The position numbers and the translations under genes are program-made. Source: an uncultured Gammaproteobacteria bacterium (GTDB lineage Bacteria > Patescibacteriota > Microgenomatia > Levybacterales > GWA1-39-11). Taken from it: a stretch of DNA of 64,000 nt. Below the pieces are notes generated by a model that made no database searches, had not been told where the DNA came from, and saw nothing but the letters and a program-made list of their open reading frames with translations. The stretch lies in assembly GCA_964627245.1 (NCBI GenBank), contig CAZVGS010000001.1, positions 89,256 through 153,255 of the forward strand, given 5' to 3'. This document shows positions 26,086 through 37,225 of this stretch, one piece after another (positions within the stretch are counted from its first letter, which is position 1; each line of letters begins with the position of its first letter).

Positions 26086-27378
26086 TTATTGCTTCTTGGC
26101 TATAAAATTTCTCTTTCTGAGCAACCTATGATATGTAATTGCAAATCTGTGCGCTTCATCTCTAATCCTTCTTACTAAATTTATTCCTGGTGTTGATTTA
26201 GGAAGTCTGACTTCGGCAAATTCAAGACTCCTAATATTTTTAAGCGGTACTATTATTGTTTCTTCTTTTTTTGCGAGCCCAACAAGAGGAAATTTTACAC
26301 TTTGTGAAGCAAGAGACTTTAGCGCAGCACTTACTTGACCCTTTCCACCATCAATTATTACAAGATCTGGACTTGGCCAATCCTGTTTCTTAAATCTTCT
26401 TGCAAGCATTTCGCTCATCATAAAAAAATCGTCAGGAGTATCTTTTGTTTTTATCTTAAAACGTCTATACTCTGATGACTTTTTATCTCCGTTTTCAAAA
26501 ACAACCATGCTACCTGTAGCGTTTTTTCCCGAAATGTTTGAAATATCATAGCACTCAATTCTTGTAAGTTTTTTAAGATCGGGAAAATAAGGCTTAAGCA
26601 GCTCAACTAGAGATGTTAATTCATTTCTTATCCTTTCATAGTAAAAATCCGGCTTTTCAATGTAATGGAACGGCTCAAAGGTAGAACTCGTTATAAGATT
26701 TATCCTATCTATTCTTTCTTGAACAGCTGATGCATTTTCAAACTCTTCCTTCTTCGAAAAATCATCCCGCTCTTTTACAAGATTATTTATAACAAGCTCT
26801 TTCTTGCCCATCAAAAACTTTTCAATTGAGGAAAGATTTTTTTTGTAAACCTGAAGGTTTTGAGGCTCTGCAGGCACACACGGACAAAGACCAATATGAT
26901 AGTAAAGGCATTTTCTTTTTGGATGATTTTTTACGGATTGATAAGGAAATATTCTTCGGAGTAACCTTAACACTGCTTTAAGAGCCGAAGCATCGGAATA
27001 CGGTCCAAAATACTTTGCATTTTTATCAATTTTTTTTCGTGTAAGTGTAACTGATGGATTTCCATTATTTGTTACTTCAATCATCGGATAAGACTTGTCA
27101 TCAACTAGCTTGATATTGTAAAAAGGTCTGTGCTTTTTTATAAGCTCGGATTCCAGTAAAAAAGCTTCAATCTCAGAGGCTACACTGATAGTTTTAATAT
27201 CCCTAATTTGGCTGACAAGCGTAATGGTCTTTGCATCAAGTGCCTTATTTGAAAAATAGGAAGATACCCGCTTTTTAAGGTCCTTAGCTTTACCTACGTA
27301 TAGAATTTTTCTTTTTTCGTCTTTGAACAAGTAAACTCCCGGTGTGGAAGGTAACTGCCGCAGTAATGATTGATACAC
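26086..27378 (-). CDS. uvrC: excinuclease ABC subunit C, short form (GIY-YIG plus RNase-H-like endonuclease domains; no recognisable C-terminal HhH)
   Basis: PGVYLFKDEKRKILYVGKAKDLKKRVSSYF (GIY-YIG); ECYDISNISG...SMVVFENGDKKSSEYRRFKIK and PDLVIIDGGKGQ (UvrC endonuclease domain). Confidence 0.75.
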   Translation of the reverse strand: MYQSLLRQLPSTPGVYLFKDEKRKILYVGKAKDLKKRVSSYFSNKALDAKTITLVSQIRDIKTISVASEIEAFLLESELIKKHRPFYNIKLVDDKSYPMIEVTNNGNPSVTLTRKKIDKNAKYFGPYSDASALKAVLRLLRRIFPYQSVKNHPKRKCLYYHIGLCPCVPAEPQNLQVYKKNLSSIEKFLMGKKELVINNLVKERDDFSKKEEFENASAVQERIDRINLITSSTFEPFHYIEKPDFYYERIRNELTSLVELLKPYFPDLKKLTRIECYDISNISGKNATGSMVVFENGDKKSSEYRRFKIKTKDTPDDFFMMSEMLARRFKKQDWPSPDLVIIDGGKGQVSAALKSLASQSVKFPLVGLAKKEETIIVPLKNIRSLEFAEVRLPKSTPGINLVRRIRDEAHRFAITYHRLLRKRNFIAKKQ

Positions 27379-29128
27379 CTATAATTCCTCCTAATATCAA
27401 AAGAAGTTTTATATCAGGAATAAAAGAAACACTTATATTCTTTTTATATCCCTTCTTTCCAACCTGAATTGTAATTATATATTTATCTTTTGTCAAAATA
27501 GGCGTATCCGAAAATGAGGTGGTTATCTCTTTGTGGCCATAAGGCGGAATATAGCCAATACTGAATTGTCTTTTTGAGCCCGTTGATGTCGTAATGTCTA
27601 CGGTCAAGTCCGAAAGAGGCGTATTCCCCGAGTTCTTAATTGAAACTGTTCCCTGAATTCCAAATTTGGGAAAAACAGCATTTGGAAAAGTATCACTAAT
27701 ACTTACTCCCTCAATCTTCTTAAACTCCTCAGCCGAAGCAAATTCTATTCCAACGTCCTTCGACTCTTTACTAAATTTGTAACCGCCTGCAGGAATTGGA
27801 TATTCACTGTCTTTCCCCTTTATCGCAAAAGCTACATGGGAAAAATCAAGTGAATTAAAATAGTCCATGCCATTTGTCGTATTCCCCCACGTTGGGTCTA
27901 TCATTATCCACTTTTTGCCTTTTGAATCGTAATACTCAGGCCATGCATGCAGTATGTCACTTACCAAAGAAAGCGGTCTTAGCTTCGAGTTGGTTGTATA
28001 AGCAAATCCCTCAACAGCTCTTGCCGGAATTCCGCTGGCTCTTGCGAGAGATATGAAAAGGTCGGTAAATTCTAGACAAACGCTATTTTTTGAGTCAGAA
28101 AGCGCTCCTTTCCCACCCAAGCGCAAATTGTCAGTCGCTATCTTATTTTTGTTATATAAAAGATTTGTTCTGACAAATTCATAAATCTGCTCAGGTGTTT
28201 TAAGGTCTCTGGACACCTCAATTATATCCGGATCGGATGCATCCCAGAATTTTTTACCCACAGTAAATTCCTGCTTTTTTTCATTATCAATATCTTCCAT
28301 CTTTGCCTCTGCAAGAACTTCAACTACACCCTTCACCTCAACCGTCTTTTTTTGCTGTGGCAACAGATTGTATTCCGCTATCCAATTACCATCATAATCT
28401 GCAGTTACGTTAAGCGGGTCTTCTGAGAAGGACGTAACTATAGTATTCTGGTAATTCGTTGTAGGGGGAAGTGCAATCTCAGTTGTTACTGGAAATAAAT
28501 TAGGGTTTGAAATATTGTACTTAAGGTGGAACTTGTAGTATTGCCTTAATCCAAAAAGGATATAAATACCCGACTTTCCAATTTCATTTTTGTCATATTT
28601 CAAAATTTTTGAATTAGCAACTTTTGAAGGTTTAGAAATTTTCGCTACCCCAAAAGTCTCAGGTACAGTAATTTGCGCGTAGTAAGAGTCAAATTCCGAA
28701 AGGTCTTCAATCCCGGGAACAGTAACCTCCCAAACCGACCCCTGTTTTTTTGCAATATCCTTTGTTACGAATTTAATTGTAAATTTATGGGTCTCACCAA
28801 GACCTGCGTACCTTTCCTGAAATGTTAACTTGATACTCTTGTTGTCGGGGTCTTTTGCATCAAAAGTTGCAGGTATTATACCGTCGTCATTGAATGCCTG
28901 AATATTTGATACATCTGAAAAACCTACCTTCATAGTGTAGCTTGGGGTGTAATAAAATTCGGTTTTGTTAGTTATTGATATATCTTGTGTAACCTCAGTT
29001 GACCCTTCTTCATCCACTTCATACAATGCCTCTACGTCAATTTCAAATTGTTCAGCAGCATATGAATTTTGGGGTAAAAAAACAAAAAGAAAAGCAAAAA
29101 GAAAAATTAGATAAAACTTCTTTGCCAT
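27290..29128 (-). CDS. secreted, C-terminally membrane-anchored transglutaminase-like (Cys-His-Asp) domain protein
   Basis: Signal peptide; SVCLEFTDLFISLARASGIPARAVEGFAY ... HAWPEYYD ... WIMIDPTWG core; C-terminal TM; overlaps the uvrC start by 89 nt. Confidence 0.65.
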   Translation of the reverse strand: MAKKFYLIFLFAFLFVFLPQNSYAAEQFEIDVEALYEVDEEGSTEVTQDISITNKTEFYYTPSYTMKVGFSDVSNIQAFNDDGIIPATFDAKDPDNKSIKLTFQERYAGLGETHKFTIKFVTKDIAKKQGSVWEVTVPGIEDLSEFDSYYAQITVPETFGVAKISKPSKVANSKILKYDKNEIGKSGIYILFGLRQYYKFHLKYNISNPNLFPVTTEIALPPTTNYQNTIVTSFSEDPLNVTADYDGNWIAEYNLLPQQKKTVEVKGVVEVLAEAKMEDIDNEKKQEFTVGKKFWDASDPDIIEVSRDLKTPEQIYEFVRTNLLYNKNKIATDNLRLGGKGALSDSKNSVCLEFTDLFISLARASGIPARAVEGFAYTTNSKLRPLSLVSDILHAWPEYYDSKGKKWIMIDPTWGNTTNGMDYFNSLDFSHVAFAIKGKDSEYPIPAGGYKFSKESKDVGIEFASAEEFKKIEGVSISDTFPNAVFPKFGIQGTVSIKNSGNTPLSDLTVDITTSTGSKRQFSIGYIPPYGHKEITTSFSDTPILTKDKYIITIQVGKKGYKKNISVSFIPDIKLLLILGGIIGVSIITAAVTFHTGSLLVQRRKKKNSIRR

Positions 29129-32010
29129 TAGGTCATCTCCTTCGCAAGATATTGCCCCGTGTATGATTCCTTAATTTTTGAAACTTCTTCTGGGGTTCCG
29201 GATGCAATGATATTTCCCCCCTGATCTCCGCCTTCAGGACCCAAGTCGATAATGTAATCCGAATTTTTAATTAAATCCAAATTGTGCTCAATAACAACAA
29301 CCGTATTTCCTTTATCAACTAACCGCCTAAGAACAAGTATTAGTTTTTCGAGATCTGCAAAGTGGAGACCGGTTGTTGGCTCATCCAAAACGTATAGAGA
29401 CCCGCCTCCTCCTTTTTTCGAAAGCTCCGAAGCAAGTTTTATTCTTTGAGCTTCTCCCCCTGATAAGGTTGTAGCAGGCTGACCAAGTCTAATGTATGAA
29501 AGCCCTACCTCTTTAAGAGTTGTCAATCTTGAGGAAAGCGGCTCATGGAAGGAGAAAAAAGGGATAGCTTCTTCAACTGACATGTTGAGTATTTCTGAGA
29601 TATTTTTTCCCTCAAACTGAATTTCCAAGGTGTCTTGAGTGTATCTCGTTCCGTTGCATGATTCGCATTTAACATAAACGTCAGACAAAAATTGCATTTC
29701 TATTTTTATCTGACCTTCACCCTCGCAAGTCTCACATCTTCCTCCTTTAACGTTGAATGAAAACCTCCCTGGACCATACCCCCTCATCCTTGCATCTCTT
29801 GAATTTGCAAATATATCTCTAATATATGTGAATGCTCCCGTGTACGTTGCAGGGTTTGACCTTGGAGTTCTACCTATAGGACTTTGATCTATCATAAATA
29901 TTCTTTTTATCTCATCTTGTCCTGTAATCTCATCGAATTTACCCGGTCTTTCTTTATGGAACGGATTTTTGTAATGCGCAATCGCATGATAAAAGACATC
30001 ATTTATAAGCGTTGACTTTCCGCTTCCCGAAACACCGGTTATACAGATGAATTTGCCTAAAGGAAACTTTACGTTAACATTCTTTAAGTTGTGCTCGGAT
30101 ACTCCCGTTAAGGTTATATACCTTTGACTCTCGGGCTCAATAAGCTTTTCCTTTTTTATTTTTATCTTTACCTTTCCGGATAGATACTGACCGGTAATAG
30201 ACTTGTCGTCATTGATGATTTGTTTTGGAGTACCGTGCGCGATAATATGTCCCCCATGTTCTCCCGCCCCGGGGCCGAAATCAAATATATAATCGCTCTC
30301 TTCCATCATTTCTTTATCATGTTCCACAACCAAAACACTATTTCCAATATCCCTCAAGTGCTTTAGTGTGCCTATCAATTTAGTATTGTCTCTCGGATGA
30401 AGTCCTATGGAGGGCTCGTCCAAAACGTACAAAACACCCGACAGACCGCTTCCTATCTGCGACGCTAGCCTGATCCTTTGCGCTTCTCCTCCTGCCAATG
30501 ACTCGGCTGATCTTGAAAGTGTCAAATAGGAAAGACCGACATCGAATAAAAATTTAAGACGGGAATTGATCTCCTTTAGAATTATTGTCGCTATTTCAAG
30601 CTCCTTTCCGCTTAGCTTTTTATCAAGATTTTTCATAAAATCATAACAATTCTCAATAGACATATCCGATACTTCAACAATTGACTTGTCAAGTATAGTC
30701 ACAGCCAGTGATTCGACCTTTAGTCTGGCACCAAGACACATATCGCATATTTTTGCTGTCATAAATTTTTGGATTTCTTTTTTAATAAGCTCACTGTCAG
30801 TCTCTAAATACCTTGCCTGCAAATATCCGACAACTCCGGGATAAGGCTCATAAATGGAAGTGTTTTCCCCAAACCTGTTGCGCCCCTTAACCTTGTAAAC
30901 CCTATCCCCTGTGCCGTAAAGAATTATTTTCTTCTGCTCGTGAGTTAATGTCATGATAAGATCAGTCATCGGTATATCATTTTCCTCAAATGCGGTTTTT
31001 AGAGTTCTTGTAAGCCAGGTGTCTCTATCATATAGATTGGCAAAAGCCAAAATCCCGCCCTCTGCAATCGTCAGGTTGGGATTTAAGACCAAATCTTCAT
31101 CAACAGTCATAATAGTCCCAAGACCGTTACACTCGGGACACGCACCAAAGGGGGAGTTGAAGGAAAAAATCCTCGGCTCAATTTTTGGCATAGGCGTAGC
31201 ATCATACGGGCATGCAAACTTCTCAGAATAAAAAGTGTCCTCCATTTCAGCCGGATACTCGGGAAAACTAAAGCTTTTATCGTTTACTTTTGCAACTATT
31301 ACCTCGCCATTTCCAAGTGCTAAAGCCTGCTCCACAGAATCCAGTATCCTTTGTCTTTCATAATTTTTATCCAAAATTATCTTGTCAACAACCGCTTCAA
31401 TGCTGTGCTTGTTGGTCTTTATGAGGGAAATGTCCGAAGAAAGACTTAATACTTTTCCGTCAATTCTTACTTGCTGAAAAGATCTTTTCCGAAGATCCTT
31501 AAATAAATCAACGTACTCTCCTTTTCTTCCGGATACAATTGGAGACAGAATCATGATCTTGACTGGATGAACAAGCGCAAATTTCGAAATTATTTCTTCA
31601 ACTATTTTTTCCTTTGTAGTTCTTGTAATCTCACGCCCGCACTTAGGACAGTGAGGGTGTCCGATACGGGCATATAAAAGTCTTAAATAATCATATATCT
31701 CAGTAACCGTTCCAACTGTTGATCTGGGATTGTGTGAAGTTGTCTTTTGATCGATTGAAATTGCAGGGGACAGACCTTCAATAAAATCCACATTGGGCTT
31801 CTTCATAATACCCAAAAACTGCCGGGCATATGACGAAAGACTTTCAACATATCGGCGCTGTCCTTCCGCATAAATCGTGTCAAAAGCAAGGGACGACTTT
31901 CCGCTTCCTGAAAGTCCTGTAAAGACGACTAATTTGTCTTTGGGAATTTCGATATCGATATTTTTAAGATTGTGTTCCCTTGCTCCTTTAATTATTATTT
32001 TTTTCTCCAT
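29128..32010 (-). CDS. uvrA: excinuclease ABC subunit A
   Basis: Two ABC ATPase modules ([14 protein letters not shown]; second Walker [11 protein letters not shown]), zinc-finger Cys clusters, LSGGEAQR signatures; start taken at the internal Met ([17 protein letters not shown]) by analogy with other UvrA proteins; the called ORF begins 13 codons earlier. Confidence 0.9.
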   Translation of the reverse strand: MEKKIIIKGAREHNLKNIDIEIPKDKLVVFTGLSGSGKSSLAFDTIYAEGQRRYVESLSSYARQFLGIMKKPNVDFIEGLSPAISIDQKTTSHNPRSTVGTVTEIYDYLRLLYARIGHPHCPKCGREITRTTKEKIVEEIISKFALVHPVKIMILSPIVSGRKGEYVDLFKDLRKRSFQQVRIDGKVLSLSSDISLIKTNKHSIEAVVDKIILDKNYERQRILDSVEQALALGNGEVIVAKVNDKSFSFPEYPAEMEDTFYSEKFACPYDATPMPKIEPRIFSFNSPFGACPECNGLGTIMTVDEDLVLNPNLTIAEGGILAFANLYDRDTWLTRTLKTAFEENDIPMTDLIMTLTHEQKKIILYGTGDRVYKVKGRNRFGENTSIYEPYPGVVGYLQARYLETDSELIKKEIQKFMTAKICDMCLGARLKVESLAVTILDKSIVEVSDMSIENCYDFMKNLDKKLSGKELEIATIILKEINSRLKFLFDVGLSYLTLSRSAESLAGGEAQRIRLASQIGSGLSGVLYVLDEPSIGLHPRDNTKLIGTLKHLRDIGNSVLVVEHDKEMMEESDYIFDFGPGAGEHGGHIIAHGTPKQIINDDKSITGQYLSGKVKIKIKKEKLIEPESQRYITLTGVSEHNLKNVNVKFPLGKFICITGVSGSGKSTLINDVFYHAIAHYKNPFHKERPGKFDEITGQDEIKRIFMIDQSPIGRTPRSNPATYTGAFTYIRDIFANSRDARMRGYGPGRFSFNVKGGRCETCEGEGQIKIEMQFLSDVYVKCESCNGTRYTQDTLEIQFEGKNISEILNMSVEEAIPFFSFHEPLSSRLTTLKEVGLSYIRLGQPATTLSGGEAQRIKLASELSKKGGGGSLYVLDEPTTGLHFADLEKLILVLRRLVDKGNTVVVIEHNLDLIKNSDYIIDLGPEGGDQGGNIIASGTPEEVSKIKESYTGQYLAKEMT

Positions 32011-32085
32011 GAAACGAGAGGATGATCCGGCAAAGTGTCCGGACAAAGTTAACTATTGTACACCCAAATGAGGACAAACTTCAAG

Positions 32086-33360
32086 CTATGCTGCGTGATC
32101 CCAGGTGTATCCGCGGAATTGGATCTGTGGTTTATCAGTTATTTCTCCAGCTATTGCCGCTTCTTGTCCTTCATCTTCCGCCATGTTTACCACTTTTCTT
32201 GCTTCCGCAATATTTTCTGTAACTACCAAAAGTCCAATCCCTCTATTCCATTGCTGACATGCAATTCTATCATTTAGATTAACTTCTTCTGCAAGTTTTG
32301 CGGGCAACTCGCTCGCAAGCTTCATAAGTGAAACAACAGCTGGGGGATCAGGAAATACAGCATCCACCGCAGCTCCAAGTCCATGCGGTTCGACCATCCT
32401 TTTGGCTTTTTCAGGAACTCCACCTCCCGAGATGTGCGCTACTCCGGTAATATTTACATTTGAAGGTTCGTCAATATTGCCTAACAAAGAATACATCACT
32501 CTCCCATAAAGTTTTGAGGGTAATAAAAGCTCTCTTGCTATTTCAGGATTTTTAACATGCCAAGGAGTCAATACCTGCTCAATTGTATCATGTCCAAAAA
32601 CTCTTTCCAAAGTGCCCGCAAGCCTATCCCTATCATTTACAGTAACAGCCTCATCGCGTTCTAATTCTTGAACGATATAATCAAGCTTTTCATCTAACCC
32701 AAGACTTGCTAAAAAAACTGCTTCTGCAATGCTTCGTGCTTTTGTTAATCCATTAGATCTTATTGATTTTTCTCCAAATGCAACAATGGGTTGCCCTGGT
32801 TTTAGCCTATCACCCAATATCAGTTTATCTTTGTTAAAAATACTGATAGCAACAGCATTCCAGTTGAGTCTGTCTTTCCCATATCCGCTGGTTCTGTAAC
32901 CAAGCTCAGCAGTCTCTCCATTTAAGATAGCGACTTGTTCTTCATTTGCTGCTTCACGCAAACCTCTCGCAGCATTTGAAGCAATATCGGGATTTTTAGC
33001 ATTGTTTACGTCAAAAATATTTGCAACTCCAACCGGGTATCTGCCAAATCGCCACTCGTCTGTAGTTACCATTGCGAGCAGATCCCTTGCAACTGATCTA
33101 AATAACTCAGGCTCTGGCTTGCCTGTCAACAAACTTAAATCATAAAGTCTTTCAGCCATTTCAGGCTTTGTACCTACACCATCTGCTGTTGGCCAAAATT
33201 CATAAGGAAAAAGGTTTATTCCAGCAATTGTGTAGTGAGGTGTTTCTAGATAAATGTTTGGTCGAAATCTTTTATCAGGAAAGTTGTTTGCGGTCTGTTT
33301 TATAACACCCCCAAATGTAATAGAGGCCAGCGCCTTCTCGTCATGTTGAATCTCATTCAT
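32086..33360 (-). CDS. PurM-like superfamily (AIR-synthase-related) protein
   Basis: TADGVGTKPEMAERL (DGVGTK motif) and HISGGG motif. Confidence 0.5.
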   Translation of the reverse strand: MNEIQHDEKALASITFGGVIKQTANNFPDKRFRPNIYLETPHYTIAGINLFPYEFWPTADGVGTKPEMAERLYDLSLLTGKPEPELFRSVARDLLAMVTTDEWRFGRYPVGVANIFDVNNAKNPDIASNAARGLREAANEEQVAILNGETAELGYRTSGYGKDRLNWNAVAISIFNKDKLILGDRLKPGQPIVAFGEKSIRSNGLTKARSIAEAVFLASLGLDEKLDYIVQELERDEAVTVNDRDRLAGTLERVFGHDTIEQVLTPWHVKNPEIARELLLPSKLYGRVMYSLLGNIDEPSNVNITGVAHISGGGVPEKAKRMVEPHGLGAAVDAVFPDPPAVVSLMKLASELPAKLAEEVNLNDRIACQQWNRGIGLLVVTENIAEARKVVNMAEDEGQEAAIAGEITDKPQIQFRGYTWDHAA

Positions 33361-33417
33361 CGCAAAGGGGCAATTTGGAGTTAGTATAGATTATTGATAA
33401 TTCTTTGTAAATAGCTC

Positions 33418-34392
33418 TCATTTCCAAATTTTTTCAGTCGCGGCTAAACCTTTTTTACCAAGATTTAACCAGTGGTTATTTTCTTTAGAATCACGGCCTT
33501 CTTCTTTTTCCCTGGTTGCACGAATAACGTGCATAGCATGGGAAAGCTTTATAAATAAAGGCAAAACTTCTAATTCTTTTTTTGTCAGCTTTTCGTATTT
33601 TTGATATTCTTCAAGAAGCAATTTGTAATATTTTTCAACTCCTATTTTACCTGTTGGATCAAACATAACATCGCACATAAGCACTGCAAGCTCAACAATT
33701 CTTGGATAGAAATTCGCGACAGAATAATCGACGAAGTATATTTTTTCTTTAGATTTTATGATATTCGTACTTATTAAATCACCATGCACTAATGCGTGGG
33801 GCAGTGCTTTCACATCAAACTTATCAAACTCATCCTTCAACTTATCAAGAACTGCCAAATCATCCTCAGACAAATACTTTCTTGCCTTTTTCAATTCGTT
33901 ATTAAAATTAATAAGTGCCCAGCTGTCATAAAGAGGCGCCGGTTTATAATCAATTTTATTTGAGATAGCAGCCATTTTTATTATTTCTTTAAGATCGTCT
34001 AAAGCCGGGTTCTTTTTTAATTCATAGTAAGTTTTTCCTTCAATCCATTCAAATACTGCAAGCCTTATATTGAATTGCTCATATTGGTTTCTAAAAATAT
34101 AACCCACATCTCTTTTCAAAAATTGCGGATGGGAAATTCCCTTATCAAGGGCACTTTTTATGACATTAATAAGCCGTAGGCATTCTGCATCATCACGGTT
34201 GTCCGCGAAAATTTTTACAAAGTAGTTACCTTTTGAGGTAATAAGCTTTATATTTACGTCTTCGTATCCTGCTTTTATAAATCCAAAATCCAAAAAACTC
34301 CCGATTTTATAAGAACTTGAAACATCACTCAGAAGCTCGCTAAATTCTCCTTGAAAATTTATTCTATTACGAAGATGTGGGGGTATATTCAC
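33418..34392 (-). CDS. aminoglycoside-phosphotransferase / choline-kinase-like small-molecule kinase
   Basis: HGDLISTNII (catalytic-loop HGDxxxxN) and downstream FVDYS (DxS-like) motif. Confidence 0.55.
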   Translation of the reverse strand: MNIPPHLRNRINFQGEFSELLSDVSSSYKIGSFLDFGFIKAGYEDVNIKLITSKGNYFVKIFADNRDDAECLRLINVIKSALDKGISHPQFLKRDVGYIFRNQYEQFNIRLAVFEWIEGKTYYELKKNPALDDLKEIIKMAAISNKIDYKPAPLYDSWALINFNNELKKARKYLSEDDLAVLDKLKDEFDKFDVKALPHALVHGDLISTNIIKSKEKIYFVDYSVANFYPRIVELAVLMCDVMFDPTGKIGVEKYYKLLLEEYQKYEKLTKKELEVLPLFIKLSHAMHVIRATREKEEGRDSKENNHWLNLGKKGLAATEKIWK

Positions 34393-34416
34393 ACTCCATT
34401 ATAGCATACTTTGAAG

Positions 34417-36390
34417 CTAATTTTGCTGCAGGAATTTAACCTTATCACGAATAAGCGCTGCGGTTTCAAAATCAAGGTCTTTGGCGGCTGCTATCATTTC
34501 TTTTCTCAAACTCTTTATCAGCTTCTCCTTTTCGTCAGGAAGCAAAACATCTTTTTCAATTAATGGCTTTAGGTCTTCCAAAATTCTTTCGCGCTCAATT
34601 AATTTTGCCCGTATCTCCTTTTCGACTGTTTTGGCAGTTATCCCATGGTCTTTGTTGTACTTTAGCTGATACTCCCGCCTTCTATTAACTTCCCCAATTG
34701 CTTCTTCCATGGATCCTGTCACATTATCCGCATATAGAATAACGTGTGAATCAACTCTTCTTGCCCCCCTTCCCATTATTTGAATGAGTGAACTTTTTGA
34801 ACGTAAAAACCCTTCCTTGTCAGCATCCAAAATTGCAACTAACCCCACTTCAGGAAGATCAAGACCTTCTCGAAGCAGATTTATACCGACCAATACGTCA
34901 TACACACCGGATCTCAAATCATCCAAAACGTCCTGTCTTGATAAAGTATCAACATCCGAATGAAGATAATTAACCTTTATTCCTTTTTCCTCTAAATATG
35001 TCGTCAAGTCTTCAGACATCCTTTTGGTCAATGTGTTGACGAGCACTCTTTCACCTTTTTTAATTACTCTTTCAATCTCTATTATCAAATCCTGTATCTG
35101 CCCTTCTGTTGATCTGACTTCTATTTCCGGGTCTACAACACCTGTCGGTCTTATCAATTGCTCCGCAATATTTTCTTTCCCCGATTTTTCGATTTCATAA
35201 TCACTTGGGGTTGCTGACATATAGATTGTCCGCTTCACTTTCGGCCAGAACTCCTCTGCCTTAAGAGGTCTGTTGTCGTATGCTGCAGGAAGCCGGAAGC
35301 CGTAATCAATCAATGTCGTTTTTCTTGCTCTATCCCCGTTATACATTCCTCTAACTTGCGGAATAGTCATGTGGGATTCATCCATTACAAGCAGCCAGTC
35401 TTTTGATACTTGGTTGAAGAATTCTAAAAGGGAATATGGAGGATCACCAGGGGATCTCCCGTCAAAATACCGTGAGTAATTTTCAATACCGTTGACATAG
35501 CCCAATTCTTTGATCATCTTAAGGTCATATTCAGTTCTTTGTCTGATTCTTTGCGCCTCAACCAATTTACCTGCTTTTTCAAACTTTTTGACCTGTCCTT
35601 TCATGTCAGATCTTATTTCATCAAACACCCTCTCGTATGTCGATGCATCCGTTACATAATGCTTGGCCGGATAAATAATGACTTCTTTTTCTTCTTTTAC
35701 TATGTCCCCTGTCAAAGGGTCTACCTGCTCAATTTTTTCAATAAAATCCCCATTGAAAGTAATCCTGAACGACTTGTCTTCATAGCCCGGTATTATTTCA
35801 ACAACATCTCCCCTGACCCGAAAAGTGCTTCTTGTGAAATTGTAATCATTTCTTTGATACATCAGATCCAAAAGCCTGTCTACGACTGAAGTGCGTGTTA
35901 TTTTCTCACCTATTGCGACGCGAAGAGTTAGCTTGCCGTATTCATCAGGAGAACCTAGATTGTATATGCACGACACTGATGCAACAACAATTGTGTCAGG
36001 TCTTGTCATTAGATTGGTTGTTGCTGCGAGCCTGAGCTTGTCAATCTCGTCATTTATTTCTGTCTCCTTTGCAATATATGTATCGGTTGTCGGAATATAC
36101 GCCTCTGGCTGGTAGTAGTCATAGTAAGAAACGAAATATGATACAGCATTATTGGGAAAAAAATCCCTCAACTCCTGATAAAGCTGAGCAGCAAGCGTTT
36201 TGTTGTGAGACATGACCAAGGTCGGTCTCCCGTAATTTTTGATGACATTAGCGATTGTATAAGTCTTTCCGCTTCCCGTAACCCCAAGGAGAACTTGATC
36301 TTTTTTATTTTTTTCCAAACCAGAAGATAATTTTGCAATGGCATTTGGCTGGTCTCCGGTTGGCTTGTATTTGCTTACTAAGTCAAACAT
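34417..36390 (-). CDS. uvrB: excinuclease ABC subunit B
   Basis: GVTGSGKTYT Walker A, helicase motifs, C-terminal UVR domain (LRKEMIAAAKDLDFETAALIRDKV). Confidence 0.9.
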   Translation of the reverse strand: MFDLVSKYKPTGDQPNAIAKLSSGLEKNKKDQVLLGVTGSGKTYTIANVIKNYGRPTLVMSHNKTLAAQLYQELRDFFPNNAVSYFVSYYDYYQPEAYIPTTDTYIAKETEINDEIDKLRLAATTNLMTRPDTIVVASVSCIYNLGSPDEYGKLTLRVAIGEKITRTSVVDRLLDLMYQRNDYNFTRSTFRVRGDVVEIIPGYEDKSFRITFNGDFIEKIEQVDPLTGDIVKEEKEVIIYPAKHYVTDASTYERVFDEIRSDMKGQVKKFEKAGKLVEAQRIRQRTEYDLKMIKELGYVNGIENYSRYFDGRSPGDPPYSLLEFFNQVSKDWLLVMDESHMTIPQVRGMYNGDRARKTTLIDYGFRLPAAYDNRPLKAEEFWPKVKRTIYMSATPSDYEIEKSGKENIAEQLIRPTGVVDPEIEVRSTEGQIQDLIIEIERVIKKGERVLVNTLTKRMSEDLTTYLEEKGIKVNYLHSDVDTLSRQDVLDDLRSGVYDVLVGINLLREGLDLPEVGLVAILDADKEGFLRSKSSLIQIMGRGARRVDSHVILYADNVTGSMEEAIGEVNRRREYQLKYNKDHGITAKTVEKEIRAKLIERERILEDLKPLIEKDVLLPDEKEKLIKSLRKEMIAAAKDLDFETAALIRDKVKFLQQN

Positions 36391-36497
36391 AATTCTTTAT
36401 AAAGTTAACTTATAATTATAGCACAAATTTGAGGCTATACTACATTTGGTAAGATACCAAACTCAATACTGATATAGTTTGTAGTAATTTGCATATC

Positions 36498-36527
36498 TTG
36501 ACATACTTCTACTTTTTTTCGTATAAA
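36498..36527 (+). promoter_or_regulatory. candidate lexA promoter TTGACA-N18-TATAAA
   Basis: -35 at 36498-36503; -10 at 36522-36527; about 45 nt upstream of the lexA ATG. Confidence 0.4.
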
Positions 36528-36533
36528 TTTAGT

Positions 36534-36556
36534 GTAGTTTACTAATAATTAACTAC
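36534..36556 (+). promoter_or_regulatory. inverted repeat GTAGTT-N11-AACTAC, candidate LexA operator (SOS box) in the divergent lexA/uvrB control region
   Basis: Perfect 6-bp arms immediately downstream of the -10; additional ACTAC/GTAGT half-site-like copies at 36439-36444 and 36480-36485. Confidence 0.35.
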
Positions 36557-36571
36557 AACTTTTTTCTAATT

Positions 36572-37225
36572 ATGACAGCAGTTCTTTACAGACGAGAGCG
36601 TGAACTTTTAACATTTATCTGGCAATTCCAGGAAAGGAATGGGTACTCTCCTACTCTTCGTGAAATGGCAGATGCCATGAACAGACGGGCACCTTCAACA
36701 ATTCATTCACTCATTAGAGGGTTGGTGGAAAAAGGTTATCTTCAAAAAGTCGACGGAAATATGCGTACCCTAAAAATTCTCAAGAAAGAACAAATCGGTG
36801 CGCTCATTGGAGAAAAACTCAAAGGAGTAGGAACAACCATATCGCTACCTTTAATGGGCTATATTGCCGCGGGAGCACCCCTAGAACCCCATTCTGACCC
36901 TGAAGCCTCACTTGACGTAGCGTCATCAATGATATCGGGCAAAAAAACCTCATATGCTCTCCAAGTAAAAGGAAATTCTATGATAGAGGATGGGATATTT
37001 GACGGGGACTTTGTAGTTGTTGAGAAGACCGATGTCTGTAGCGAGGGAGATATTGTTGTAGCGTTGGTGGATGACAGCCTGGCGACTTTAAAAAGGTTTT
37101 ATAAAAAAGACGGCAGAATAGTTCTTATGCCTTCAAATAGCGAAATGGATCCAATTTATCCGAATGAATGCCGAATACAAGGAGTTGTTACAGGGCTTGT
37201 CAGGAAGTTTGGAACAGTCAACTAA
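36572..37225 (+). CDS. lexA: LexA repressor (S24 peptidase)
   Basis: N-terminal wHTH (YSPTLREMADAMN); cleavage-site region; Ser/Lys catalytic dyad context (GNSMIEDGI ... TLKRF). Confidence 0.85.
   Translation: MTAVLYRRERELLTFIWQFQERNGYSPTLREMADAMNRRAPSTIHSLIRGLVEKGYLQKVDGNMRTLKILKKEQIGALIGEKLKGVGTTISLPLMGYIAAGAPLEPHSDPEASLDVASSMISGKKTSYALQVKGNSMIEDGIFDGDFVVVEKTDVCSEGDIVVALVDDSLATLKRFYKKDGRIVLMPSNSEMDPIYPNECRIQGVVTGLVRKFGTVN

Noticed and set aside
32011-32046. 13-codon N-terminal extension of uvrA
   Set aside because: By analogy with other UvrA proteins, which begin about 10 residues before the first Walker A, the start is most likely the internal Met ([17 protein letters not shown]).
28784-32046. 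Numerous 60-110-aa ORFs antisense to or nested within uvrA, uvrB, eno, pmm and ruvC (e.g. 30953-31231, 35539-35889, 48792-49223)
   Set aside because: They lie fully inside well-supported genes and show no motifs or RBS, so they are six-frame noise.
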